Of a DNA stretch of 64,000 nucleotides, positions 19,769 through 29,269 are shown piece after piece. The notes under the pieces are model-generated. The model searched no databases, was not told the origin of the DNA, and was given only the letters and a program-made list of their open reading frames with translations. This stretch comes from a virus, in the IMG/VR virus record IMGVR_UViG_3300027743_000001, positions 1-64,000 of that record. One strand, 5' to 3'. Every line of letters begins with the position of its first letter. Position 1 is the stretch's first letter. The translations under genes and the position numbers were made by a program.

Positions 19769-20062
19769 TCAACGTCTGTTTCCCCACATGTGCGGAGGAA
19801 CGTCTACCAACTCGGCCTCTATCTCTTCCCTGGTCTTGCGTGCGTTGCTCTCCAGCTTCGCCATCTCCGTCCAGAAGTGAACTCTTGCATCGGCCACTTC
19901 CTTCTCCACCATGGACATGGTTTCCAGCCAGTGCTCTATGACTGAATAAGCTCTGCTTGCGTCGAGCGAGAGTAGGTCAAGACCTCGGCTGAGGCACCAT
20001 CCGTCGAGTTGCTTCCAGCGGAGGTTGCCTGTGACGTAGGCGCCGAGGTCTTTCCAGTAGGG
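19769..20062 (-). CDS. tail assembly chaperone, C-terminal part reached by -1 frameshift
   Basis: Open frame PYWKDLGAYVTGNLRWKQLDGWCLSRGLDLLSL... overlapping the TAC 3' end and ending just before the TMP; no good start of its own at the 5' end. Confidence 0.75.
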   Translation of the reverse strand, partial: PYWKDLGAYVTGNLRWKQLDGWCLSRGLDLLSLDASRAYSVIEHWLETMSMVEKEVADARVHFWTEMAKLESNARKTREEIEAELVDVPPHMWGNRR

Positions 20063-20379
20063 CGGGCCGTGTAGACCTCCGAGAGCCAGCTGACGATCTC
20101 CGTCAGTGTCTCAAGTGGAATGGCAACTTCGTCATCGTCCAGCAAGTCGTTGAACGGCTTCAGATCCTGAGGGATCAGGGCCGACTTGAAGAACCGGCGG
20201 ATCGCTTTGACAGCCTCGACTCCTGACTCGTCGTCATCTTCCTTGCCACCACCGAGCTTCTCAGCCATGGACAGGATGACGCCGGCCGCCATACGGGGCC
20301 GGCAACGGAAGTTCACGCCTTCCAGATCGAACGACACAGGCTCAGTGGCCTGTGCTACGGCAAAAACCTTGTGCGCCAT
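19936..20379 (-). CDS. tail assembly chaperone
   Basis: Position before TMP; WLSEVYTARPT then low-complexity tail. Confidence 0.85.
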   Translation of the reverse strand: MAHKVFAVAQATEPVSFDLEGVNFRCRPRMAAGVILSMAEKLGGGKEDDDESGVEAVKAIRRFFKSALIPQDLKPFNDLLDDDEVAIPLETLTEIVSWLSEVYTARPTGKTSAPTSQATSAGSNSTDGASAEVLTYSRSTQAELIQS

Positions 20380-20389
20380 CTCATCTCCA

Positions 20390-20602
20390 TCAATCTTCGT
20401 TGTTCGGGTAGTGCCAAGACCCCACCCGGTGCTTGTTGGTGTCGTACGGACTTTTCGTAGAGAAGAACATATTGTCCGACCTGCTCACTGACAGGTCGGC
20501 AACCTTGTCATCTCCGTACAGCCGGGAGATCACAGCGGTTCGGCAATAGGTGACCTCATATTCGAAGTCCCGCTCTACGTAGTGGACCTCCGCGCCATTC
20601 AT
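20390..20602 (-). CDS. hypothetical protein
   Basis: Fills operon gap; SD present. Confidence 0.55.
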   Translation of the reverse strand: MNGAEVHYVERDFEYEVTYCRTAVISRLYGDDKVADLSVSRSDNMFFSTKSPYDTNKHRVGSWHYPNNED

Positions 20603-20603
20603 G

Positions 20604-21029
20604 TCAACCGCCCCTCTCCCACATCCCCAACGCCCGCCGGAACCCGCGCTCCACGTAGTGGACCGCCGGGTTGCCGGGGTGGTTGACCTTGGAGAAGTAG
20701 ACGACGGCGCCGACCTTGGCCCAGTAGAACTTGAGTCTGGCGTTCGGGTTAGGGCTGCGCGGTCGGATCACATGCGGCTGGCCGCCCTGGTCCTGCGCTG
20801 CCGCGTAGCTCACGCTGGCACCAGCGTCAAAGAAGATGCCAGACTGTGCGCGGCCCTTCTTGTAGCTCATGCTTTTGGCTAGGCCGCCGTGTCGTTTCGG
20901 CGCCATGCCAACCATCCGGAACACAGACTCCTTGGCCAGCCGCTCGAAGCGCCGGCCGACCTCGCCCTGCCACCCCAGGAACGTACGTAGTGCCGGCTGG
21001 TCTATGACCACCCACACGTCCTTGGCCAT
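20604..21029 (-). CDS. HK97 gp10-like tail completion protein
   Basis: APKRHGGLAKSM, PHVIRPR, KVNHPG. Confidence 0.8.
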   Translation of the reverse strand: MAKDVWVVIDQPALRTFLGWQGEVGRRFERLAKESVFRMVGMAPKRHGGLAKSMSYKKGRAQSGIFFDAGASVSYAAAQDQGGQPHVIRPRSPNPNARLKFYWAKVGAVVYFSKVNHPGNPAVHYVERGFRRALGMWERGG

Positions 21030-21030
21030 G

Positions 21031-21555
21031 TCACACCGCCCCGGCCGCTGGCAGGTTGAGGATCAGCTCCACCGTTTGGAGCCCACCCTGCGGCGCGTGC
21101 GTGATGACCTGCAGCTCCGGGCCGATCTCGCCAACGGTTGACACGACACACAGCATGGCCTCCGCGTCCGCCGAGGAGATCTGAGCCGCCTCGCGCTGCT
21201 TGGCCACGGAGGGTGTGCCGCCGTTCTTGGTCGGGACGGCCGGCGTGCAGCGGGTCACCAGACAACTGAAGTTGGCCAGCCAGCGGAAGGCGTCGCACAT
21301 GATCGTGCCGTCCCACACCGGGGTCGGAACCCAGCCGGAGAAGACCACGGCCGCCTGCTCACAATCCTGCACAATTGGGGACATATAGATAATCTTGCGC
21401 TCCGGCAGGGTGAGCCCGCGTCCGAGGAAGCAGACCTCCATCCGGGCCAGCAGCGCCTCAGCCATGCCGTACAGCGTGTCTGGGAACGGGGTTTGGATGG
21501 CCTCGTTGAGGTTCACAAAGTCGCCCGCGCGGCTGTAGACGGGGGGAGTGGTCAT
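21031..21555 (-). CDS. putative tail terminator
   Basis: LVTRCTP, APQGG; position between adaptor and gp10-like gene. Confidence 0.65.
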   Translation of the reverse strand: MTTPPVYSRAGDFVNLNEAIQTPFPDTLYGMAEALLARMEVCFLGRGLTLPERKIIYMSPIVQDCEQAAVVFSGWVPTPVWDGTIMCDAFRWLANFSCLVTRCTPAVPTKNGGTPSVAKQREAAQISSADAEAMLCVVSTVGEIGPELQVITHAPQGGLQTVELILNLPAAGAV

Positions 21556-22322
21556 AGCGGATTCACCACCGGCGGGGGCTCAGCGAAGGTGGCCGTCCGC
21601 ACGCAGACAGCCACGCCGGGGGGAGAGTCGGGGGTATAGACAGCCGAAGGCCGGAGCGCCTTAGACGGGTTGAATGCTGCCAGGAACGTGTCCACCCGGG
21701 CCAGCCCAGTGAAGCCCTTGTCCAGGAAGGTCTGTGGGTCGATGAGCGTGTACGAGATTCCCTCGCGGTTGACAGACGTGACCCGATCCGGGAGCTGGCA
21801 CTCGTCGGAGTCGATCAGCCCCAGATAAAGCTCATGGGCGAAGATCAGCAGTGCCCGGCGGGCCGCCCTGGTGATGGTGGAACCGAACCGGTACGCCATC
21901 TTGACCATGAACGTCTCGCGCTTCTCGCACCCGCAAGCGCCCATCATCCAGGCCAGATCGCAGTGTCTCTCGTTGAAGTAGACATCTTGACCGACCAGGC
22001 AAGGTGTCCAGGGCAGGGCCACCGTGGGATCCCCGTCTTGGCCGCACACCCAGTAGACACCGGTCACCTCGCGGATGGGCCGGAAGGTCGGTGTCAACCG
22101 GTGCACCCGAGGGGTGGCCATGTAGTCCTCTTCAGCGCAGCCGGCCGGGTGGAGCTTGTAGCCAGACAGCCGCATGAGCACCTCGCCAGCGATAGCGATG
22201 GCCTCTTTGATGTCCTCTTCCTCTTCCGGAGTAGGAAAGATCTCCAAGTCCGGGACAGGGAGTCTGGTCCCATGCCAGACAGCGGCGATGACGGAAGGGT
22301 CCCTCGGGTCTACCCAGAGCAT
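21552..22322 (-). CDS. head-to-tail adaptor
   Basis: CQLPDRVTSVNREGISY, FTGLARVDTFLAAFNP. Confidence 0.85.
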   Translation of the reverse strand: MLWVDPRDPSVIAAVWHGTRLPVPDLEIFPTPEEEEDIKEAIAIAGEVLMRLSGYKLHPAGCAEEDYMATPRVHRLTPTFRPIREVTGVYWVCGQDGDPTVALPWTPCLVGQDVYFNERHCDLAWMMGACGCEKRETFMVKMAYRFGSTITRAARRALLIFAHELYLGLIDSDECQLPDRVTSVNREGISYTLIDPQTFLDKGFTGLARVDTFLAAFNPSKALRPSAVYTPDSPPGVAVCVRTATFAEPPPVVNPL

Positions 22323-22357
22323 CAGAGCCCTCCCGCCATCGCCATCTGATTGCCGAC

Positions 22358-24010
22358 CTACATGTTGGTGCTGCCGCCGCGCCGTGAAGTCCTACCCGTG
22401 CTAGGGGTAGTCGGCGTGGTGGTGCTGCCTGCATTAGGCGGTACCTCATCGTTGCTAGGTCCGGGGTTGACCGGACCAGTGGTCGGCTCCGGAGAAGGCT
22501 CCAGAGACATGCCGCCGCCCGAAGGAGTCGTAGGAGTCGGGGCAGGCCCCTCTCCGCCGAACCCACCAGGCTCCGGACCTTCAGGAGGTGGTGGAGTAGT
22601 TCCGCCGCCGCCTTCCGCCGGTGGAGCCCCAGCCGCCGTGACCGCGTGCGCACCAGGCGCCCACGCCGTGCCGCTCCAGTTGAACGCGAACCCGCCGATG
22701 GTGAACTGTTCACCAGTGGACCAAGCAGCTGCGTTAGCCGCCGCATAGCCCAGCGTTGCCAGCTTGTCAGCGTTCGTCTGGTCAGACGCCGTGATCGTCG
22801 GCTCAGCGGCGAAGCTGTCCAGCGGGTTGACCGCAGACTTGATCGGGCCGGCGTAGGGAACCCAAGCCGCCCCGCTCCACGTGACTTCCTCTGACCCCAG
22901 CTGTGCATACTGATCTGCCGCCCACGCCGTGGTGGGGTTGGCCGTCACAGCCGGAACCATAGCGAGCAACTCCGCCAGCGTGTCCGGGATAGCGGAGTTC
23001 GTCGGTACCGGCGTAGCCGGCCGACCTGCCGTGAATGAGGTGAGCACTGCCGGAGCCCGGCCCTGCACCCACGAATCCCCATCCCAGTACGCTTCCGAAC
23101 CGTCTCCCAGGATCACGAACTGCCCAGGAGTCCACGCCGTGGTATTGCCAAGAGCGCCGAGCCCCTGCAAGGCTGCCAGGTCTTCCGGCCGCGTCGCGTT
23201 CGAAGGCGACAACGTAGCCGGAGAGCCGGCAACGATGGTCACGAGCGGGATACCCAGGTTGGCAAAGCAACCCTTCAGCCCGACTGGAGCAGTAGTGGCC
23301 CGCGCGTACGCATACACGCGGTCCGCGTACTGCGGAAACTTCCAGTCGAATGAGCCGGGAGGCGGAGGTGGAGCACCGCCGCCGGAGGTAACCCCGGCCA
23401 GGTCCAGGTTCGGGCCAGAGCCGTAGTTCAGGTTCCCCGTGCCCAGGCCGGCGAAGACAGTAGCCAGGTTCCCATTCTCGACTACCCGGTCCCCGTCAAG
23501 CCGGAACTTGACCGAAGGGAACAAGTAATCCCAATAGGGACACTGGTTGGCTGACTTGCCGTTGACGACAGCCGTAGCCCAGACCCGAATAGCCACCCCG
23601 TTGGGGTTGGCTTCCACGCCCGTCTTCTCGGCTGCGTAGCCGACTGCATGGATGTCATCTGGGAGAGCACCGGGGAGCGGACAAAGCGCCCCCGTACTGT
23701 CCACAATGACCTCGCCACCAACCAGCAGCTGAGTGAGCACCGGGTCCGGGTCACACAGCTCAAGGCCGATGGTCGTGTTCTTCAGCGTGTCAGGAAGCTT
23801 GTACGTGACGCAGATTTCACCAGCAGCATTGATGATCTCGATCTCTTCACCCTCAACGTAAACGGGGGTGAACGTGAAGGAGATATAGCCGCCGGTCAAG
23901 TAGTTGTCACACGGGCTTCCCGCAAGGGGTGCACCGTCCGGCCCGAGCCGAGTCGCCATAAGCGCCACGCCACGGACTGAAGCGGCATTGTCCTGTGTGT
24001 ACTTAGCCAC
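22358..24010 (-). CDS. major tail protein with C-terminal repeats
   Basis: EGEEIEIINAAGEICV...LELCDPDP tail-tube pattern; three AWxxxQ...WxGxxW repeats; Pro/Gly/Thr tail. Confidence 0.88.
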   Translation of the reverse strand: MAKYTQDNAASVRGVALMATRLGPDGAPLAGSPCDNYLTGGYISFTFTPVYVEGEEIEIINAAGEICVTYKLPDTLKNTTIGLELCDPDPVLTQLLVGGEVIVDSTGALCPLPGALPDDIHAVGYAAEKTGVEANPNGVAIRVWATAVVNGKSANQCPYWDYLFPSVKFRLDGDRVVENGNLATVFAGLGTGNLNYGSGPNLDLAGVTSGGGAPPPPPGSFDWKFPQYADRVYAYARATTAPVGLKGCFANLGIPLVTIVAGSPATLSPSNATRPEDLAALQGLGALGNTTAWTPGQFVILGDGSEAYWDGDSWVQGRAPAVLTSFTAGRPATPVPTNSAIPDTLAELLAMVPAVTANPTTAWAADQYAQLGSEEVTWSGAAWVPYAGPIKSAVNPLDSFAAEPTITASDQTNADKLATLGYAAANAAAWSTGEQFTIGGFAFNWSGTAWAPGAHAVTAAGAPPAEGGGGTTPPPPEGPEPGGFGGEGPAPTPTTPSGGGMSLEPSPEPTTGPVNPGPSNDEVPPNAGSTTTPTTPSTGRTSRRGGSTNM

Positions 24011-24052
24011 TTCACCTCTCCTTGTCTCGTTACCGTCTCTGACTGCCGGCCG

Positions 24053-25705
24053 TTACGGTGTAGCCGCACCGGCGCAGCAGTAGCCCGTGTCGTCGAGCGG
24101 AGAAGTGATCCACAGCGGCAGTCCGCCGACGTTGGCCACGCTCTCGAAGATCTCGGAGAACTGCATATAGTCGTTCGTCCGGACCAACGTGGAGTCCCGG
24201 ATGAGACCGAGGTCCAGCGTGCCGCCGTCGAGCAGGAGCAGGGAGCCCTCAGGGTAGAGCGCCCACTGAACCTGGCTCGGGAAGTCCGGCAGAGGCACCG
24301 GAGTCGCCAGCGCGGCCTCATCGAAGGGCAGGTAGAACCCGCCCGGAGGAGCCGTAGTGGCGCCGCCGCCCGCGTCTGCCGCCGGCAGGGATGTGGTCGG
24401 CTGCCACGTGTCCAGGGACCACGTCACCGTGATGCCAAGATCGTTGAGGATACTGTTCAGCTCAGCCTCGGACATCGAGTAGTTGTCGGAGAGCCGGGCC
24501 GTCGAGTTCTCAGCCGTGACACTGTCGGAGACCATCAGGTCGCGGAACCACGACGGGATGATCGCGTGCAGCCGCTCGTTGTCAACCAGCCGGTTGACAT
24601 CCCTCAGGTAGGCCGCCGCCCGGTGGACCGTGCGGATGAAGTCCCGGATCGCGCCGTACGCGACGGCCGGGCCGGTCACCAGCTTGGAGAGCGACTTGAT
24701 CTGCGCCAGGAGCACCGACTCGGCGAACCGTGCCTGCTGAACCCGGAGCATCTGGGTATTGGCCGTGACCATCTCCGGGAAGATCCGGGACTGGAGCACG
24801 CCGAACTTGATACACATCGTGATGGCCTGAACCTCGGCTGTCTGCTCCGGCGGGCAGTCCGCGCGGATACAAACCTTCCAGGTCAACTCGTCGGCCGGGT
24901 CAACGGCTTCGTCGTCATCACAGGTCCAGACAGCGACGCCGCCGGTCACGTCCGAGAGCTTAGGCCCTTGGAAGTACCGGATGCCGCCACGGTCTGCCTG
25001 AAAACCGGGGAGCGCGCCGCGCACCGGCCGGTCCGTGTCGCCGATCGTGTAGAGGTCGTAGCGGGTCTCCAGCGGAGCGCAGCAGCCGCCGGCCGCCACG
25101 ATCGCCTTGGTGCTGGTCACTGCCTCGATCTTGGCCTTGTTGCCTTCCAGGTCACCGTTGTAGAGAATGCGGTCTTCCGGCGCCTTCGTTTTGATGGACG
25201 CCACGACCACCTTCTCGCCAGTGCCACCGCTCAGGCCGTGGAGGGTCCGAATGCGCTTGGTGAAAGCGTCAGCGAAGTCCTTCAGGGTCGGAATTACGGT
25301 TCCTGCCGAGTAGCCCGGGATGTCAGCACCAGCGACCACCGTACTGGTGGGCGCCACGGTAACCGGCTCGCGGTCACGCGGAACGGTCAGAGCGCCGCCT
25401 GTCTGCTGCTCCACCGGGTCACCTTCCTTTACGTCGTTGTTCTCCTCCACAGCTGCCACCAGCTGCGGTTCCACTACTGCCGCCGGCATAGCCTCGGCCG
25501 GAGCTTCTTCCTCGCCGCCACCCTCAGCACGCTTAGCCAGCTCAGCCGCCACCTGGTCCAGCGCCTCAGCGAGGCTGGCCATGAGCGCGTCGTCGGCTGC
25601 CTGGTCGGCCGCGTCAAACGCGGCTGTGATCTCGGACTGAAGATTGGTCAAGTCTTCGTCAGTGAGCGTGGCAAGAGCTGCGAGCTTCTCCGCGAACTCG
25701 TCCAT
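24053..25705 (-). CDS. major capsid protein with N-terminal scaffold-like region
   Basis: Acidic helical N-terminus; AIVAAGGCCAPLETRYD, LPGFQADRGGIRY, DGGTLDLGLIRDSTLVRTNDY. Confidence 0.93.
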   Translation of the reverse strand: MDEFAEKLAALATLTDEDLTNLQSEITAAFDAADQAADDALMASLAEALDQVAAELAKRAEGGGEEEAPAEAMPAAVVEPQLVAAVEENNDVKEGDPVEQQTGGALTVPRDREPVTVAPTSTVVAGADIPGYSAGTVIPTLKDFADAFTKRIRTLHGLSGGTGEKVVVASIKTKAPEDRILYNGDLEGNKAKIEAVTSTKAIVAAGGCCAPLETRYDLYTIGDTDRPVRGALPGFQADRGGIRYFQGPKLSDVTGGVAVWTCDDDEAVDPADELTWKVCIRADCPPEQTAEVQAITMCIKFGVLQSRIFPEMVTANTQMLRVQQARFAESVLLAQIKSLSKLVTGPAVAYGAIRDFIRTVHRAAAYLRDVNRLVDNERLHAIIPSWFRDLMVSDSVTAENSTARLSDNYSMSEAELNSILNDLGITVTWSLDTWQPTTSLPAADAGGGATTAPPGGFYLPFDEAALATPVPLPDFPSQVQWALYPEGSLLLLDGGTLDLGLIRDSTLVRTNDYMQFSEIFESVANVGGLPLWITSPLDDTGYCCAGAATP

Positions 25706-25854
25706 GAGTCTGTTCCCTCCTTATTCGGGCACACCTCAGTTGTTAGCTGAAGAGTTACGCCCGGTTGGGTAGGAGTTGTCACTACCCGGATGGAGGGTCA
25801 CTCGGTTCCCACAGAGTATGACACAGCGATCTGGGTCACAAGCCGGGCTGACAG

Positions 25855-25883
25855 TTGACAGGGGTTGACCAGCTGTGTATAGT
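25855..25883 (+). promoter_or_regulatory. SigA-type promoter with tandem GTTGAC
   Basis: TTGACA-N17-TATAGT; GGGGTTGACC in the spacer. Confidence 0.85.
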
Positions 25884-25924
25884 TGCCCTTGTACCGCCCA
25901 CCACCACCACCCAAAGGAGTCCCC

Positions 25925-26233
25925 ATGAGTGAGAACAAGATCAACCTTGAGCCCATCCCAACCCAGCTTGACACCAAGCCCCGTCACCGGATCTATTTCC
26001 GCCTCTTCTCGGCGGCCCAGCGTCTCGTCGGAGTGCCCGGCATGTCCCCGGCCCAGCGGGTAGAGAACCTTGAGGTCATCCGTGAGAGCCTGCTGGATGC
26101 TCTCGCGATGCTGGAGATCGACATCTCCACTCGTAAGGCTCTGGTTGACATTGAGGCGAACTTCCACCAGACGGCCGAGGAGCCCGAGCCGGCCCAGCCC
26201 GCCGAGGAGGCGGAGACCGAGCCAGACTTCTGA
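25925..26233 (+). CDS. hypothetical protein (opposite strand within head module)
   Basis: AAGGAG SD, own promoter, followed by hairpin at about 26246-26277. Confidence 0.75.
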   Translation: MSENKINLEPIPTQLDTKPRHRIYFRLFSAAQRLVGVPGMSPAQRVENLEVIRESLLDALAMLEIDISTRKALVDIEANFHQTAEEPEPAQPAEEAETEPDF

Positions 26234-26300
26234 TCCACACGCAGGAGCGCCCACCGACTTAGGTCTGGTGGGCGCTTCGCTTATTGCCTAATGTACCCCC

Positions 26301-26615
26301 ATGAGGCTGAAGTTGCTCCTTGTAGCGCTGCCGCTCTTGTTGCTGGCCAACTGCGCACTGGCTACCCCCCTATCTTCGTGGGGATTCAGGATGCCGAACT
26401 TGGTTGGCACGAACCTGTCAAGTGCTAAGGGTCGGTTGACAGCCCTCGGATTTCCCGCCGAGAACATCGTGGTGTTTGCCGGGGACTCAGCCCCCGACCC
26501 CGTCATGGAATCCCGGTGGGTTGTGGAATCACAAGAACCATCGCCGGGGACGATGGTTCCTGTGTGTGAGGACTGCTATGTGAGCTTGGTGGTCATCCCT
26601 TTGCTGCCCGAATAG
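26301..26615 (+). CDS. secreted PASTA-domain protein
   Basis: Signal peptide, then MPNLVGTNLSSAKGRLTALGF...WVVESQEPSPGTMVP...VSLVV. Confidence 0.75.
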   Translation: MRLKLLLVALPLLLLANCALATPLSSWGFRMPNLVGTNLSSAKGRLTALGFPAENIVVFAGDSAPDPVMESRWVVESQEPSPGTMVPVCEDCYVSLVVIPLLPE

Positions 26616-29007
26616 CGTTCACCCGCTCGCGGATCTGCTTCATCCGCTGCTGCCGGGCCGCCTCGCGTGCCCGGGTGACTGCCTCTGACGCCGGCTGCTC
26701 CACGGGTGCCGCCGGCTCCGGCGTGGCTTCCTCCTGCTCGGCCTCCGGCTCCGGGACTGCCTCCACCTCAACCTCATCCGTCTCCGGGAGGGGCTCCGGC
26801 TCCGGGTCGGTCACCACGATCTCCTCAACCGCGTCTTCCTCCGGGGTGAAGAGTGCCGTCTCCACCGCGTTCAGCCTCTCCAGCACAGCTGCGTCGGCTG
26901 TCATGCTCGCCTTGAGCACAGCGAGGGACCGCGCGCCGGCCGCCACCAGTGCAGTTACCGCGCCACTAGCGACCCTGGCCCGAGCGATCGGGAAGCCCGG
27001 CACGTTGACCTGGCAAACCGCGACCAGCTCCAGCGCGCCGTTGATCGGCCGCCAGTCCCCCGATGGAGCCGACGCGCGGAGCGTGCGTACCTGCTCAGGC
27101 TTGATGTCCGGCCGGAGCGCGCCGGCCACCCAGATTCCGAACTTGTCCTCGCCCACGACCACGTCAGCCACTGCACTGGCCGTGTTGTCGTAGTGCGCCA
27201 CCGCGTGCCCAGCGTCCGCGTTCAGCGGTGCGTGGCCGCCGGCCAGTGTCAACTGGCCCACGTTCACGTCCTTGCCGCTGGCCGTGCGCAGGGTGCCAGT
27301 CATGAAGTAGCTGTAGTTCGAGCGGGAGCGCGGCGGTTTGACGCTGCCGGGGAGCCCGATGTGCTGCTGGTGCCAGTCCGCGATGTGGCCGAACACCTGC
27401 CCGTCATCCGTGTGAGTGAGCGGTGTCAACCGGTCCAGCTTCTGATCCTGAAGCCACTCGTCGGGCGGAGCCACGGGGAAGCCGCCGGCCAGGACGGCGC
27501 GCACCAGGCCCACGTCGTCCAGTGCTTCTGTGTAAATGCCGTCCTTCAGCATGTTGACGTTCCTTCCTTGAGTGTCCATCCACGCTCCGGCCACCAGAGC
27601 CGCGAGCACAGCCTGCTCGGTTGACATGGCCGCTGAGGCGTGCACATGCCCACGTCCCCGGCCCCGGCCAGGCCACTTCCCTAGAACCCTCTTGTGGAGG
27701 TTCGCGCAGTAGCCCTCAGCCCGGCCAGGCATGTATTTGTTGAGCTGACGCACGCAGCGCTTGAAGTCCCCCTTGACGCCCCACTTGATCTTGGCAGCGC
27801 CCTTCCCGGATGCCCAGTAGCGCCGGAGCTTCTCGGCCCGTGGGTCCGGGGATACAGCAGCCGTGACTCCGTCGATCTGCGTGATCACGTCAGCCAGCGA
27901 CGGATCATCCAGCTCCACGAGCGGGGGAGGGTTGACGCCGGCCAGCTCCGCCAGTAGCTCGGGGTCATCCACCCATGCCTTCTGGTCATAACGCTGAACT
28001 TTCGGCCCCGGCATGAGCCGGACCAGCGCGATCACAGCGCCGGGATCCAGATCATCGACCACTGCGAACGGGGTCCACTCCTCTTCCTCGGCCTCCGTGT
28101 CAACCGCTGCCGTGAGGGGGGAAACGATGGTGTCGTCCTTGAACGACTTGGCCGCCTTCTTATACAGACCGTTGACCCGAGACTTGATCTTGTTCTGGTC
28201 AGCCTGCGGGATCTTGACTCCGCCCCGGGCGCCGGAGAGAGCACCGGCCACCGCCGCCAAAGCGGAGTACACGATCTTGAGGTCCCCGTTGATCACGTCT
28301 GCGAACGGGAGTTTCCAGGCCGCCTGCGTCTGTGGGTCCGCGTCAGGGTCTCGGTAGAGGAATCCCTGCCCGAGCTTGCTCGTGTCGTAGGTGCCGTCCG
28401 CCTTGCGAGCCCGGGAGAACAGCCGGTTGGTGGCCGCGTCTCCGTCCCACTTCCGGCTGCGGTCCGCAAACGGCAGATCCGTGGAGCCGCTCACCGAGGA
28501 CAGGAGAGCTAGGTCCGGGTGCCCTGAGTGCAGAAATGCCGAGGGAGCCAGCCATGCTTGCGGGGTGTAGCACCTCAGAGCCAGGCCCTCCGCCCCCGCC
28601 AGGAGAGCATCAGCCAGGTCCACAGCGTCTGGCATGGTGAGCAGGATCAGGGGGTCAGAGCCCTCCCAGGGATCCCAGGCGCCGGCCGCCGTCAGCACTT
28701 CGTAGGAAGCTTCCCCCACTCGCCGGACCAGCTGCCGATAGAGCATGTCGTCGGCCGGGTCCGCCGTGGCGTAGAACCCGACGTCCTCACAGTCCGAGTC
28801 GGGGCAGGAGAGTGTGTCCCGCGCCGGCCGGCTCAATGCCGAAAGGGCGGACTCCAGAGTGTCGTCCGCCCACTTGCCACTTTCACCGCCAGACGCAGAG
28901 AGCGCCAGCAGCTGCCAGGCTCCCACTTCGTGCTGGCTAACTTCCTCACGTAGGCGCCGAGGAACCGGGTAAGCCTTGTTATATCCACACATGACTAGTG
29001 ATGTCAT
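26593..29007 (-). CDS. multidomain capsid maturation (prohead) protease
   Basis: C-terminal VFGHIADW...HYDNTASAVADV...GIWVAGALRP...SGDWR...VNVPGFP; extra domains (KLPFADVING; LRRYWASGKGAAKIKWG...CANLH). Confidence 0.85.
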   Translation of the reverse strand: MTSLVMCGYNKAYPVPRRLREEVSQHEVGAWQLLALSASGGESGKWADDTLESALSALSRPARDTLSCPDSDCEDVGFYATADPADDMLYRQLVRRVGEASYEVLTAAGAWDPWEGSDPLILLTMPDAVDLADALLAGAEGLALRCYTPQAWLAPSAFLHSGHPDLALLSSVSGSTDLPFADRSRKWDGDAATNRLFSRARKADGTYDTSKLGQGFLYRDPDADPQTQAAWKLPFADVINGDLKIVYSALAAVAGALSGARGGVKIPQADQNKIKSRVNGLYKKAAKSFKDDTIVSPLTAAVDTEAEEEEWTPFAVVDDLDPGAVIALVRLMPGPKVQRYDQKAWVDDPELLAELAGVNPPPLVELDDPSLADVITQIDGVTAAVSPDPRAEKLRRYWASGKGAAKIKWGVKGDFKRCVRQLNKYMPGRAEGYCANLHKRVLGKWPGRGRGRGHVHASAAMSTEQAVLAALVAGAWMDTQGRNVNMLKDGIYTEALDDVGLVRAVLAGGFPVAPPDEWLQDQKLDRLTPLTHTDDGQVFGHIADWHQQHIGLPGSVKPPRSRSNYSYFMTGTLRTASGKDVNVGQLTLAGGHAPLNADAGHAVAHYDNTASAVADVVVGEDKFGIWVAGALRPDIKPEQVRTLRASAPSGDWRPINGALELVAVCQVNVPGFPIARARVASGAVTALVAAGARSLAVLKASMTADAAVLERLNAVETALFTPEEDAVEEIVVTDPEPEPLPETDEVEVEAVPEPEAEQEEATPEPAAPVEQPASEAVTRAREAARQQRMKQIRERVNAIRAAKG

Positions 29008-29035
29008 GATGTTGCCTCCCAGTGCCTCTCTGGCC

Positions 29036-29269
29036 CTAGACTTTCGTGTTGTCCTTGATCCACTCGTTCACGGTAGCTTCGTCGGTCTCTTTCCATCCTG
29101 GCTCATCGTGGATCTCCAGGAACAGCCGATCTTGATCTTCCTGCCACTTCCCATCTTTCCAGAACTCGGTCTCCGTGGTTTTCGGCCAGCCCCAGCGAGC
29201 CACTAACAGCGGCTCTCCGGTCTGTTTGCTCTTGTACATGAACCATGCTGTCGGTTCCATCACCATCAT
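29036..29269 (-). CDS. putative immunity protein (IapK-like) for the upstream toxin
   Basis: 77 aa, overlaps the toxin stop codon; aromatic/acidic pattern LVARW...EFWKDGKWQED...ETDEATVNEWI. Confidence 0.65.
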   Translation of the reverse strand: MMVMEPTAWFMYKSKQTGEPLLVARWGWPKTTETEFWKDGKWQEDQDRLFLEIHDEPGWKETDEATVNEWIKDNTKV

